This document shows, piece after piece, positions 36,523 to 45,200 of a stretch of 64,000 nucleotides of DNA (positions are counted from its first letter, which is position 1; each line of letters opens with the position of its first letter). This DNA comes from a virus, in IMG/VR virus record IMGVR_UViG_3300036791_001038, positions 13,233 through 77,232 of that record, one strand, 5' to 3'. The translations under genes and the position numbers were made by a program. The notes under the pieces were generated by a model. That model was given only the letters and a program-made list of their open reading frames with translations. It searched no databases and was not told the origin of the DNA.

Positions 36523-37998
36523 GTGTCCATCATTGATTTCACGCAGTACCAGCCTCCCGATGTATATATCGAGGCTTTAGCTGCCCCCCTTGTTGGGGTC
36601 ACTGGCATCGCTCCTGATGTCATCGGGATTGTTGGTCCAGCCCTCGGTTACAAAACCACCACCGAGAGCTATGTTCTGACCGATACCATTCCGGTCATAC
36701 TGAATCAGTTTGGAGCCAATCCAGCCAGCGTAAGCGTTACCGATGTATCCGGGAATGCATTCCTTCTGACCGACTATGTCACCACTGTGATCAATGGGCA
36801 CACCCCGGCTCAGAACCAGGTCACGGTGGCCCGGTCCCCGACCTCGAACATCCTCAGCGGCCAGGTGGTCTACATCACCTACCAGTACACCGACGGGGAC
36901 TACTACCTCCCGGCCACCTACACCGACTACCCCTCGGTGAAGAAGGACTGGGGCATCCCCCTCGACCTGACCACCAACGCCATCCTGTCCCCGCTGTCCC
37001 TGGCCGCCCAGTTGGCCTTCGTCAACGGGGCCAACACCATCATCATCTGCCCCACCCAGGATACCGGGGGCATTGCCACCCGCACCGGCCTGGCCGAGGC
37101 CTACAACACCATGGCCTCGATCGTCCCGCTGGACATCATCGTCCCGCTACCGGTGGGCATCAGCGGTACTCCCGCCCTGCCGGGAGACACCATCAACGTC
37201 GGCCTGGACCTGGCTTCCTTCCTGAACGGTCAAGCCCAAGTGGGCATCTTCGGGGTGGGCCTGGTGGGCTACGACGCGGTCAACTCGGTCGGTCCCGACA
37301 CCATCGCCCAGGGCATCTCCAGCTACCGCATCCAGGAACACTGGCCAAATCAGATGAACTACTTCAACGGCACCAACAACGCCTCGTTCATCATCTCGGG
37401 CTACTACCTGGCCGCGGCCTGGGCCGGAGTACTGGCCTCTCTGCAACGCCAGATCCCGCTGACCAAGAAGAACGTCTCGGGCCTGTCGGGGATCCCGAAC
37501 TCGGTCTTCACCACCATGACCATGGCCTACAAGAACCAGCTATCGGCGTCCGGGGTGGCCGTCACCGAGCAGGTGACCGGCGGGGGCCTGCAGATGCGCC
37601 ACAGCGTCACCACCTCCACGGTGGCCATCACTAGCCGGGAGCTATCCATCATCCGGGCTGGCGACGGCATGATCGAGATGATCGAGAACACCCTGCAGAA
37701 CTCGGGCCTGATCGGCTCGGCCTTCACCCCTACCACCTTGGCCAACGTCAAGAGCATGGTCCAGGGAGCCCTGGAGGCCTTGCTCAGCCAGGGGCTCATC
37801 GTGGGCTACACCGCCCTCGGGGTGCAGCAGCAGATCACCAATCCGTTGGTGGTCCTGGTCCAGTTCCAGTACCAGCCTGCCTATCCCCTCAACTACATCG
37901 TCGTCCAGTACTCCATCGACACCACCACCGGGTCGGTCTCGACCGTCACCACGGCTCCCGATCCCACGGGTGGCTCCACGGGCAACGCCACCGGCTAG
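36523..37998 (+). CDS. Tail sheath protein
   Basis: Y.PPDVYIE N-terminus, AF.NGA, YLAAA.AG, PLT.K, RH.VTT and V.FQYQPAYPLNYI C-terminus. Confidence 0.9.
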   Translation: MSIIDFTQYQPPDVYIEALAAPLVGVTGIAPDVIGIVGPALGYKTTTESYVLTDTIPVILNQFGANPASVSVTDVSGNAFLLTDYVTTVINGHTPAQNQVTVARSPTSNILSGQVVYITYQYTDGDYYLPATYTDYPSVKKDWGIPLDLTTNAILSPLSLAAQLAFVNGANTIIICPTQDTGGIATRTGLAEAYNTMASIVPLDIIVPLPVGISGTPALPGDTINVGLDLASFLNGQAQVGIFGVGLVGYDAVNSVGPDTIAQGISSYRIQEHWPNQMNYFNGTNNASFIISGYYLAAAWAGVLASLQRQIPLTKKNVSGLSGIPNSVFTTMTMAYKNQLSASGVAVTEQVTGGGLQMRHSVTTSTVAITSRELSIIRAGDGMIEMIENTLQNSGLIGSAFTPTTLANVKSMVQGALEALLSQGLIVGYTALGVQQQITNPLVVLVQFQYQPAYPLNYIVVQYSIDTTTGSVSTVTTAPDPTGGSTGNATG

Positions 37999-38010
37999 TA
38001 AAGGATCGTC

Positions 38011-38496
38011 ATGCAGACCCAGACCAGGCTCGTCGGCTCGGGCTTCACCACCTTCACCTACCAGTCCAGGGCCATCGCCTTCCTGGACGAGGTCCATGAC
38101 TCGGGCCAGCAGCCCATCCGCCAGTACGAGGCCGTCACCCCGCTCGATGCCCAGTACCCGGTGGAGTTCGCCCTGCCCCGTGTGCGGGCCGAGGGCACCC
38201 TGCAGCTAGTGGTGCGGGAACTGTGGAACCAGCCCGTCTGGTGGGCGCTGAGCGGCCTCACCGGGTCCTGGAACATCGTGGACGTGTACAACATGATGGC
38301 CAATCAGAAGACCCCCATCATCGCCACCACCACCATCAAGTCCCCCACCTCGTCCACCTGGCGGGGCTGGACCTACCACAACTGCGTGGTCACCGCCATC
38401 GATGACCGGGAGGCGGTGCAGATCGGCACCCTGACCTTCCCGCGCAACCTCTCACTCATCTACGCCTATAAGACAGGGCTGCAAGGACAAACTTAA
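38011..38496 (+). CDS. Tail tube protein
   Basis: Follows the sheath gene; GTL.L...ELWN.PVW and YHNCVVT.IDD.E. Confidence 0.85.
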   Translation: MQTQTRLVGSGFTTFTYQSRAIAFLDEVHDSGQQPIRQYEAVTPLDAQYPVEFALPRVRAEGTLQLVVRELWNQPVWWALSGLTGSWNIVDVYNMMANQKTPIIATTTIKSPTSSTWRGWTYHNCVVTAIDDREAVQIGTLTFPRNLSLIYAYKTGLQGQT

Positions 38497-38507
38497 GGAG
38501 ATCACCC

Positions 38508-39119
38508 ATGAATGGTGAAGGAGAGTCCATCGACCCTCCTGTTTCAGATATCCCCATGGACTTTGGCACCACATCTACCGGATCAGGCTCGTTCTGGACC
38601 AGCGACTCAGAGCAAGAGAGCATCTCCGAGCCACCCCACGATCCACGCCCGGTGACTGAAGGAACGTTGAGTGAGGGACCTGGAATAGAGGAAGAGGAAC
38701 TCCCCGCATTTGATGATCAATACAGACAGGATTTCATAGGACTCAACTTCGTCGGCAAGCTCAGTGATGACTTTGAGTGGATGGGCCATCGCTTCAAGAT
38801 CAGAACGTTGATGACAGACGAACTGATCCAAATAGGGATGGTGCATGCGAAGTACCAGAATACCCTGTCGGATGTCAAGGCTTATCAGACCCTGGTCGTA
38901 GGAGCATGCCTGGAGCATGTGGACGGCAAGCAACTACCGGTGCCCATCGCCATGGATGTGGATCTGGTGGAAGAGCGGTTCAACTACATCAGGACCCACT
39001 GGTACCCCTGGACCATCGATGCGATCTACGAGCGTTACCTCCTCCTCGAAATCCGGGTACAGAAGGTCATCGAAGCAATGGGAAAAGTGTCGGGATCAGT
39101 GGAGTTGATCCCTGGCTAG
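38508..39119 (+). CDS. Tail assembly chaperone (short form)
   Basis: Between tube and tape measure; ends ..EAMGK, with a slippery GGGAAAA at 39080-39086. Confidence 0.8.
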   Translation: MNGEGESIDPPVSDIPMDFGTTSTGSGSFWTSDSEQESISEPPHDPRPVTEGTLSEGPGIEEEELPAFDDQYRQDFIGLNFVGKLSDDFEWMGHRFKIRTLMTDELIQIGMVHAKYQNTLSDVKAYQTLVVGACLEHVDGKQLPVPIAMDVDLVEERFNYIRTHWYPWTIDAIYERYLLLEIRVQKVIEAMGKVSGSVELIPG

Positions 39120-39478
39120 CTGCCCAGTGCCGACTGGCTGAACGACAGGGCCTCCTGCACGGTGGCCATATCTCGATGGTGCAGAAGACCGCCCTCGAAG
39201 TCGTCATAGCCATGGAGGACCAGGACAGGGTGCGCCAGGAGATCCAGGCCCTGAAGTTGGCGCTGATCTCTGCTGATCCCGTTATTTACGTTCCCCGGTT
39301 CTATCCCGAAATCGCCCCACCTCCGTTGCTCAGCAACGTCGATTCCCTCATCGACACCCTCACCGAGGAGGAGACCCCCATGATCGACTTCGAACTCACC
39401 CCACCCTCCACCGCCGAGGCCGCCCAGATCATCGAGTCGCTCCTGGCCAACAAGAAAGTGACGCTCAACGGATCATGA
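38508..39478 (+). CDS. Tail assembly chaperone, long -1 frameshift form
   Basis: G GGA AAA heptamer; the -1 frame stays open to 39478 and couples to the tape measure ATG. Confidence 0.75.
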
Positions 39479-41901
39479 GTTGGACCACCGCCTCAGGCTT
39501 TGAAGGCCCCGAATCCAATATCAGAGGCGATCAAGCTCGGACCAATCCTCCTCCCGGCGGAGGTCTCGGCTCGGATCTGCCCAGTTCCATCGCCGCCGGT
39601 ATAGCCGCCGGGCTCCGGGGCCTGGAAGGCATCATCTCGAACCTGAACACCCAACAGCAGCAGACCAACCTCTTCCTGTCCCAGATGACCGGCAAGGCCA
39701 CCCAGGGCGGCACCATGTTCGGGGGCGTGTGGGGACCCATGGGCGTGGGTGGCACCACCCACACCACCGGCAAAGGCACGGTGCCCACCGTCACGGCCAG
39801 GTTCGACATGCCCGGAGGCGGGTTCACCGAGGTAACGGACCCGTCCAGCCAGCGGGGTCAACCCGGCGCTCTGCCCACCAGGGCCATGACCATGGGCAGC
39901 CTGCGTACTCGGGCGGCTCGGGCCATCTCCACCACCGGATCGGGGATCTTCGGTCCTCGCCTGGAGAGCTACTACAACGAGAACACCAAGAAGATGGAGA
40001 CCCACCAACTCATCCGCGACGCCGACGGCAACGTCAGATCCGAGAAGGTGGACGAAGGACAGGTGCCCAAGCTGCAGCGCGCCGAACGTGTCGGTAGCGC
40101 CTTTCAGGGGGCAGTGGGTCGAGCCGTGGCCGGAGAGGGGCTGGGTGGCGTCGGCCAGATAGCCACGGCCTTGCTCCCAGAGGGAGCCATGCTCGGGCTG
40201 GGGGCCGCCGGGGCGGTGGGTGCCGTCGGCTACGAGGGCGTCAAGATGATCCAGAACCAGCGGGCGCAGAACGCCCAGTACCAGGCCATCCTGGGCGGCT
40301 CTAACTTCTCCCAGTTCGGTCAGCGCATCTCCAGCGCCGCCTTCGGGATCCGCAATATGTTCAGCTTCGGCTCCGGGCAAGCCCAGGAGGCCTTCATGGG
40401 GGCCACCCAGTTAGGCATGCGGGGCCAGGAGCGCAACAGCGCCCTGAACATGATGGTGTCGAGCTTCAACTCCATGGGCATGAGCGTGGCCCAGTCCCTG
40501 GCCGCCATCACCGTCCAGGCCCAGAGCGGCTACGAGAACTTCAACGACCTGGAGAAGTCCCTCAAGGGGGTGTCGGCCGCGGCCAAGGACACCGCCCAGA
40601 ACGCCGAGGCGGTGCGCCAGGGCTTTATCCAGACCTACCAGGGGGTGACCCAAAACGTGGGGGGCGGAGCCGGGACCCTGGGGGTGTCCACGGCTATCAG
40701 TAAGTTCCAAGCCAACCTGGGTCGTCAGTTCCAGGGCATGAACTTCAGCGGAGTAACCGGCAATACCCAGCTATACGAGATCGCCTCCGAACAAGGGATG
40801 AACTTTAACCAGGTGGTCCAGAAGATGGCCACCAATCCCACTTGGGGTGTTCAAGCAGTCAATAAGAACATCGATACATTCCTGAGTCAAGCTGGTGGTG
40901 GACAGGCTATAGCTAGCTTACGACAGCAGATGAAATCCGGTAAGTTCCAGGTCGGTGCAAATGGTCAGGTTGATCCGGCTCAACTGACAGGATTAGCCAC
41001 CAATCTCCTGACCCAGCTTCCCAATGTTCAGGGCATCTCATCGATCTTGTCAGCGGCCGGGATCGACACCAGCCAGATGAACCCCATGCAGGTGGCTCAG
41101 GCCTTCATCGGCTACTACGCCCAGAATGGCCTCCAGGCTCCGGCCGCGGCTGGACCGCAGACTGTCGGCGCGGCCCAGCGACAGGCCTTGGCCGCCACCA
41201 GTGCCAACCCGGCGGCGGCGGCCGGTTCACCTGGTGGGGCAGGCAGTTCCACGGCGGCCCTGGGAGCGGCGGCCAAGGGCACCGGCCTCAAGGGTGGTGT
41301 CCAGATCGACGTGGGCACCATCACCGGGTCCAGTGGGGCCGAGAAGCTGCGTCGGCAGTACCTGGCCCAGATCGGCAAGACCGGACAGAACTCCACCATC
41401 ATCGACCAGATGCTCAAGAGCAGCGCGGCCCAGAAGATGCTCTACCGGGTGAACACCTCGGACGGCTCCAAGGTGGTCAACTTCCAGGACCTGATCACTA
41501 ACTACTCCGACCAGGCGGCCTCGGGTGGAGTGGAGATCGCCCAGGGCACCATGAACGGTCAGAACGTGGCCGGGCTGTCGGCGTCCTCCCAGTTCGGTGG
41601 CACCCAGGGCGATCCCGCTGCCTACGCGGCCGCCAATGCTGCGGCCTCCTCCAACCAGAAGCTCAAGGGCAAGGACCTCTCCGGCAAGCTCAAGACCGGG
41701 GAGGCGGCCACCGGCAAGGCGGCCACGCAGCTTCAGATCTCGGCCACCCCGCAACTCCAGCAGCTTCTGAGCTTTGCCGTCAACGGTCAGAGCGTGTCGG
41801 CCTCCAGCGCCACCAGCCTGGTGGCCCCACTCGGGCCGGTCAACCCCGACAGCATGGCCGGTAGCTCTCCGGCCAACTACAGCGGCTACACCGGGCAATA
41901 G
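39475..41901 (+). CDS. Tape measure protein
   Basis: 808 aa, A/G/Q-rich and helical, directly after the chaperone genes. Confidence 0.75.
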   Translation: MSWTTASGFEGPESNIRGDQARTNPPPGGGLGSDLPSSIAAGIAAGLRGLEGIISNLNTQQQQTNLFLSQMTGKATQGGTMFGGVWGPMGVGGTTHTTGKGTVPTVTARFDMPGGGFTEVTDPSSQRGQPGALPTRAMTMGSLRTRAARAISTTGSGIFGPRLESYYNENTKKMETHQLIRDADGNVRSEKVDEGQVPKLQRAERVGSAFQGAVGRAVAGEGLGGVGQIATALLPEGAMLGLGAAGAVGAVGYEGVKMIQNQRAQNAQYQAILGGSNFSQFGQRISSAAFGIRNMFSFGSGQAQEAFMGATQLGMRGQERNSALNMMVSSFNSMGMSVAQSLAAITVQAQSGYENFNDLEKSLKGVSAAAKDTAQNAEAVRQGFIQTYQGVTQNVGGGAGTLGVSTAISKFQANLGRQFQGMNFSGVTGNTQLYEIASEQGMNFNQVVQKMATNPTWGVQAVNKNIDTFLSQAGGGQAIASLRQQMKSGKFQVGANGQVDPAQLTGLATNLLTQLPNVQGISSILSAAGIDTSQMNPMQVAQAFIGYYAQNGLQAPAAAGPQTVGAAQRQALAATSANPAAAAGSPGGAGSSTAALGAAAKGTGLKGGVQIDVGTITGSSGAEKLRRQYLAQIGKTGQNSTIIDQMLKSSAAQKMLYRVNTSDGSKVVNFQDLITNYSDQAASGGVEIAQGTMNGQNVAGLSASSQFGGTQGDPAAYAAANAAASSNQKLKGKDLSGKLKTGEAATGKAATQLQISATPQLQQLLSFAVNGQSVSASSATSLVAPLGPVNPDSMAGSSPANYSGYTGQ

Positions 41902-43097
41902 TGCCGTCGTCTTACGCCCGCGAGAGCTTCCTCAACAGGAGTCTGTCCGGCGTTATGAATGCCTCTCTCAATGGCATTCCCATGAGGCTGAATCCCCTCA
42001 CCCTGGAGCTTGACTATGTGGTGAAGACCTCGGAGATCCCCACTCTTGGCGGCATGGTGGTGCAGATCTTCGGGGTGGAGATGAGTGATCTGGTCGTCAC
42101 CGGCACTTTCGGAGTGGGCGGTTACGTCGAGCAACTAACGTTCCTGAACCGGATGCTGGCTCTGGCCGGGTACCAGGCCAACCAGAGCTTCTCCACCGCC
42201 GGGGGACCGGTACGTTTCGTCTATCCCAATCGCAACTTCGATTTCATGGTCTATCTCAAGGACTACACCTCATCTGCCGGGATGGCCATCGACTACGAGA
42301 ACACCAATATCGCCCCTGATTGGCAGCTAACGTTCTTCGTTGACGTTGATAATACCGGTGGGTCTTTGACCAGAGTGGCAGCCGATGCTTACATCCAGCG
42401 TCTCTCCCATGGGTTGGGGTACGATAGCGTCAATAAGTACAACGGCAATCTCAGCGTTGCTGATGTCGAGAAGTTCCTGGCCGCCCAGGGCTACGCCAAC
42501 AACCTCGGGGGGTATCTGCAAGCGGGCTTCGGCAATCCCGTCCAGGTCCCGCCCAGCACCACCTCCAGCGACGGGACCACCGCGCCCGGCACCCCGGCCA
42601 CCGGAGGCACCGGCCAGGGTCAGTACTCGGGGGCCAAGTGGATGCCGGTGGTCAACCACGGTGGGGCCATGTCCGCCCATGTCGGTCTGGTCCTGCACGT
42701 CTGCCAGGGCGACAACAGCCAGTACAACCACTTCAACACCCCCGGCGCGGGAGCGGTCTCGGCCCACTTCTGGGTGGCCAAGACCGGGGCTGTCGAGCAG
42801 TACGTGGACGGTGCCAACCAGGCCTGGCACGCCGTGGCCGCCAACGATTCCTACCTGGGGGTCGAGACCGAGGGCATGAACACCGACCCCCTCACCAACG
42901 CCCAGGTCAAGGCGGTGGCCGGGATCTACCAGTGGGCCGTGACCTCCTATGGGATCCCCAAGCGGCTGTCGGCCAAGCCGGGTGACGGTGGGTTCGCCTG
43001 GCACGGTGAGGGAGGCTCCGACTGGGGCGGTCACATCTACTGCCCAGGGGACCTTCGCAAGGCCCAGATGCCCGACATCTTGAAGCTGGTGAAGTGA
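41901..43097 (+). CDS. Tail/baseplate protein with a C-terminal N-acetylmuramoyl-L-alanine amidase (Amidase_2)
   Basis: LVLH, SAHF.V...G.VEQYV, AWHA, GVETEG and H...CPG zinc-amidase motifs. Confidence 0.85.
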   Translation: MPSSYARESFLNRSLSGVMNASLNGIPMRLNPLTLELDYVVKTSEIPTLGGMVVQIFGVEMSDLVVTGTFGVGGYVEQLTFLNRMLALAGYQANQSFSTAGGPVRFVYPNRNFDFMVYLKDYTSSAGMAIDYENTNIAPDWQLTFFVDVDNTGGSLTRVAADAYIQRLSHGLGYDSVNKYNGNLSVADVEKFLAAQGYANNLGGYLQAGFGNPVQVPPSTTSSDGTTAPGTPATGGTGQGQYSGAKWMPVVNHGGAMSAHVGLVLHVCQGDNSQYNHFNTPGAGAVSAHFWVAKTGAVEQYVDGANQAWHAVAANDSYLGVETEGMNTDPLTNAQVKAVAGIYQWAVTSYGIPKRLSAKPGDGGFAWHGEGGSDWGGHIYCPGDLRKAQMPDILKLVK

Positions 43098-44320
43098 TGT
43101 CGTCCTACGCCCGTGAGAGCTTCCTGAACCGGTCCCTGTCGGGAGTGATGAACGCCTCCCTCAACGGGGTGCCCATGCGACTGAACCCGACCAGCGTGTC
43201 GCTCTCCTACACCGTCAAGACCTCGGAGATCCCCACCCTCGGGGGCATGGTGGTGCAGATCTTCGGGGTCGAGATGAGCGACCTGATGGTGACCGGGACC
43301 TTTGGCAAAGGCGGCTACATCGAGCAGCAGCAGTTCCTCAACCGCATGCTGGCCATCGCCAACATGCAAGCCGATCAGGGCCGGGCCGTCGCCTCTACCC
43401 CGTCCACCTCGTCTCATCCGGTGCGCTTTGTCTACCCCAATCGTGGCTTCGATTTCATGGTCTATCTCAAGGACTACACCTCAGCCGCGGGTATGGCCGT
43501 TGACTACGAGAACATCAACATCGCTCCCGACTGGCAACTCACCCTCTTTGTGGACTCCGATCTCACGGGTGGGGCGTTGACCAGGGTGGCTACCGACGCC
43601 TACATCCAACGCCTTTCCAACGGGCTGGGCTATGACGGCATGAACAAGTACAACGGCAACCTGCAGACCTCCGACGTGGAGCAGTTCCTGGCCCAGCAGG
43701 GCTTCGCTGACAACCTGGGCGGCTATCTGAACTCTGCCTTCGGCGGAGCCCAGCAGCAGCCCGCACAGAGCAACACAGGGGGCTCTGGGACCCCTCCAGC
43801 GGGTGGTGGAGACCCGGCCAAGGCGGCCGATCCCAACATGACCATCCTGGGACCGAACACGGCCACGGCCAAGCAGATCCTGAACTTCTGGGGCAGCCGG
43901 GGTCAGCCGTCCAAGCTCAAGGACACCATCCAGAACGTGATCGGCTGGTACCTCTCCGAGGGCAAGGCCCAGAACGTGCGCGGCGACGTGGCCTTCGCCC
44001 AGGCCATCTGGGAGACCGGCTACTTCACCAACGACGACACCAGCCTCAACAACTACGCCGGGATCGGCCATCCGGTGAGCGCCCCCTCGGGCCTGGACTT
44101 CTCCAGTCCTCAGAACGGGGTGCGCGCCCAGATCCAGCTTCTCTACCGGGTGGTCCAGGGCAACTCCGCTCCGCTGGCCGAACCGGTGGTGGCTCCTACC
44201 TGGGGCGGCAAGAACGTCCCCACCTGGGCCGGGCTGGGTGGCAACTGGGCGGCCGACACCACCTACCCCAAGGACATCATGAGCGTCTACGGACAGATCC
44301 TGGCAGCGAGTACAACATGA
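43097..44320 (+). CDS. Paralogous tail/baseplate protein with a C-terminal GH73-type glucosaminidase
   Basis: N-terminal ~215 aa nearly identical to 41901..43097; AFAQAIWETG, NNYAGI and WAAD..Y motifs. Confidence 0.85.
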   Translation: MSSYARESFLNRSLSGVMNASLNGVPMRLNPTSVSLSYTVKTSEIPTLGGMVVQIFGVEMSDLMVTGTFGKGGYIEQQQFLNRMLAIANMQADQGRAVASTPSTSSHPVRFVYPNRGFDFMVYLKDYTSAAGMAVDYENINIAPDWQLTLFVDSDLTGGALTRVATDAYIQRLSNGLGYDGMNKYNGNLQTSDVEQFLAQQGFADNLGGYLNSAFGGAQQQPAQSNTGGSGTPPAGGGDPAKAADPNMTILGPNTATAKQILNFWGSRGQPSKLKDTIQNVIGWYLSEGKAQNVRGDVAFAQAIWETGYFTNDDTSLNNYAGIGHPVSAPSGLDFSSPQNGVRAQIQLLYRVVQGNSAPLAEPVVAPTWGGKNVPTWAGLGGNWAADTTYPKDIMSVYGQILAASTT

Positions 44321-44529
44321 CTGCCAGCGCCAGCAATGCCAGCAACTATTGGATCGCAGACACGCCCATCTCCATGCCTGCTCCACCGACTACACAACGA
44401 CCTGTCGTCCATGAGTTCAAGGACACTGGCTTCGGGCTTACCACTTATGGATTGACGGTGGTTATGACCGAGGCTGACCGAGACGAGATGCTGTCGGGAT
44501 TCCTGGGACCATCGGGGGGAGTGCCCTGA
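44317..44529 (+). CDS. Small baseplate-region protein
   Basis: Coupled to both neighbours. Confidence 0.55.
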   Translation: MTASASNASNYWIADTPISMPAPPTTQRPVVHEFKDTGFGLTTYGLTVVMTEADRDEMLSGFLGPSGGVP

Positions 44530-45200
44530 TGGCGGGCGAGAACATGACCCTATCGTGGGGCTCTGGTAGCACGGCTACTTCTTACGCCGTCAAATGCAAC
44601 CGAATCCTCTTCGGTCCCAACATCATCTCCACTCAGGACTCCGGCCAGGGAGGACCCCGCTACGGTGGCTTCGGGGCCAAGGCTATCTACGTGCGTCAGT
44701 ACTTCATGAGTACGGTGGGCATCACCATTGTTCAGACCACCTGGGAAGATCGGGAGAGATTCGTCAACTGGTGTATCAACTACGCCAAGTACATTTCTAG
44801 TGGAGCCAACTATCCTATGCGGATGAGAGGACCCAGGGGATTCGACTTCTATGGGTTTCTTACTGAGGGATTTGATCGTACTAATACTGTTCAAGATCTG
44901 GCCTATACCATGAATCTTACCTTCCGGGGATGTCAACCGACCATCAGAGGAGTCATAGGGTTCGCGGCGGGATCAATAGCCTCCAAGCCGAAGAGCATCG
45001 GAGGGGCCAACTCGCAGTTCTATCCCTTCGAGAGCCTGCAGGGAGGTCCGGCGGTGTCGATCGAGGCCAAGCTCTACGACAACATCACCGATGACTCCAA
45101 GGGCCTTCCCATCTCGTTGCCCACCGACGTGACCGGTGGTCCCCCTCCCTCCCCGGTCAGCACCTCGATTCCTGGTCATCCTGGCAAGGGAGAGGCCTGA
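44529..45200 (+). CDS. Baseplate/distal tail protein
   Basis: Position in the baseplate operon; coupled starts and stops. Confidence 0.6.
   Translation: MAGENMTLSWGSGSTATSYAVKCNRILFGPNIISTQDSGQGGPRYGGFGAKAIYVRQYFMSTVGITIVQTTWEDRERFVNWCINYAKYISSGANYPMRMRGPRGFDFYGFLTEGFDRTNTVQDLAYTMNLTFRGCQPTIRGVIGFAAGSIASKPKSIGGANSQFYPFESLQGGPAVSIEAKLYDNITDDSKGLPISLPTDVTGGPPPSPVSTSIPGHPGKGEA

Noticed and set aside
38777-39478. Independent 233-aa gene
   Set aside because: The first ~100 codons overlap the chaperone gene out of frame; the rest is explained by the -1 frameshift.
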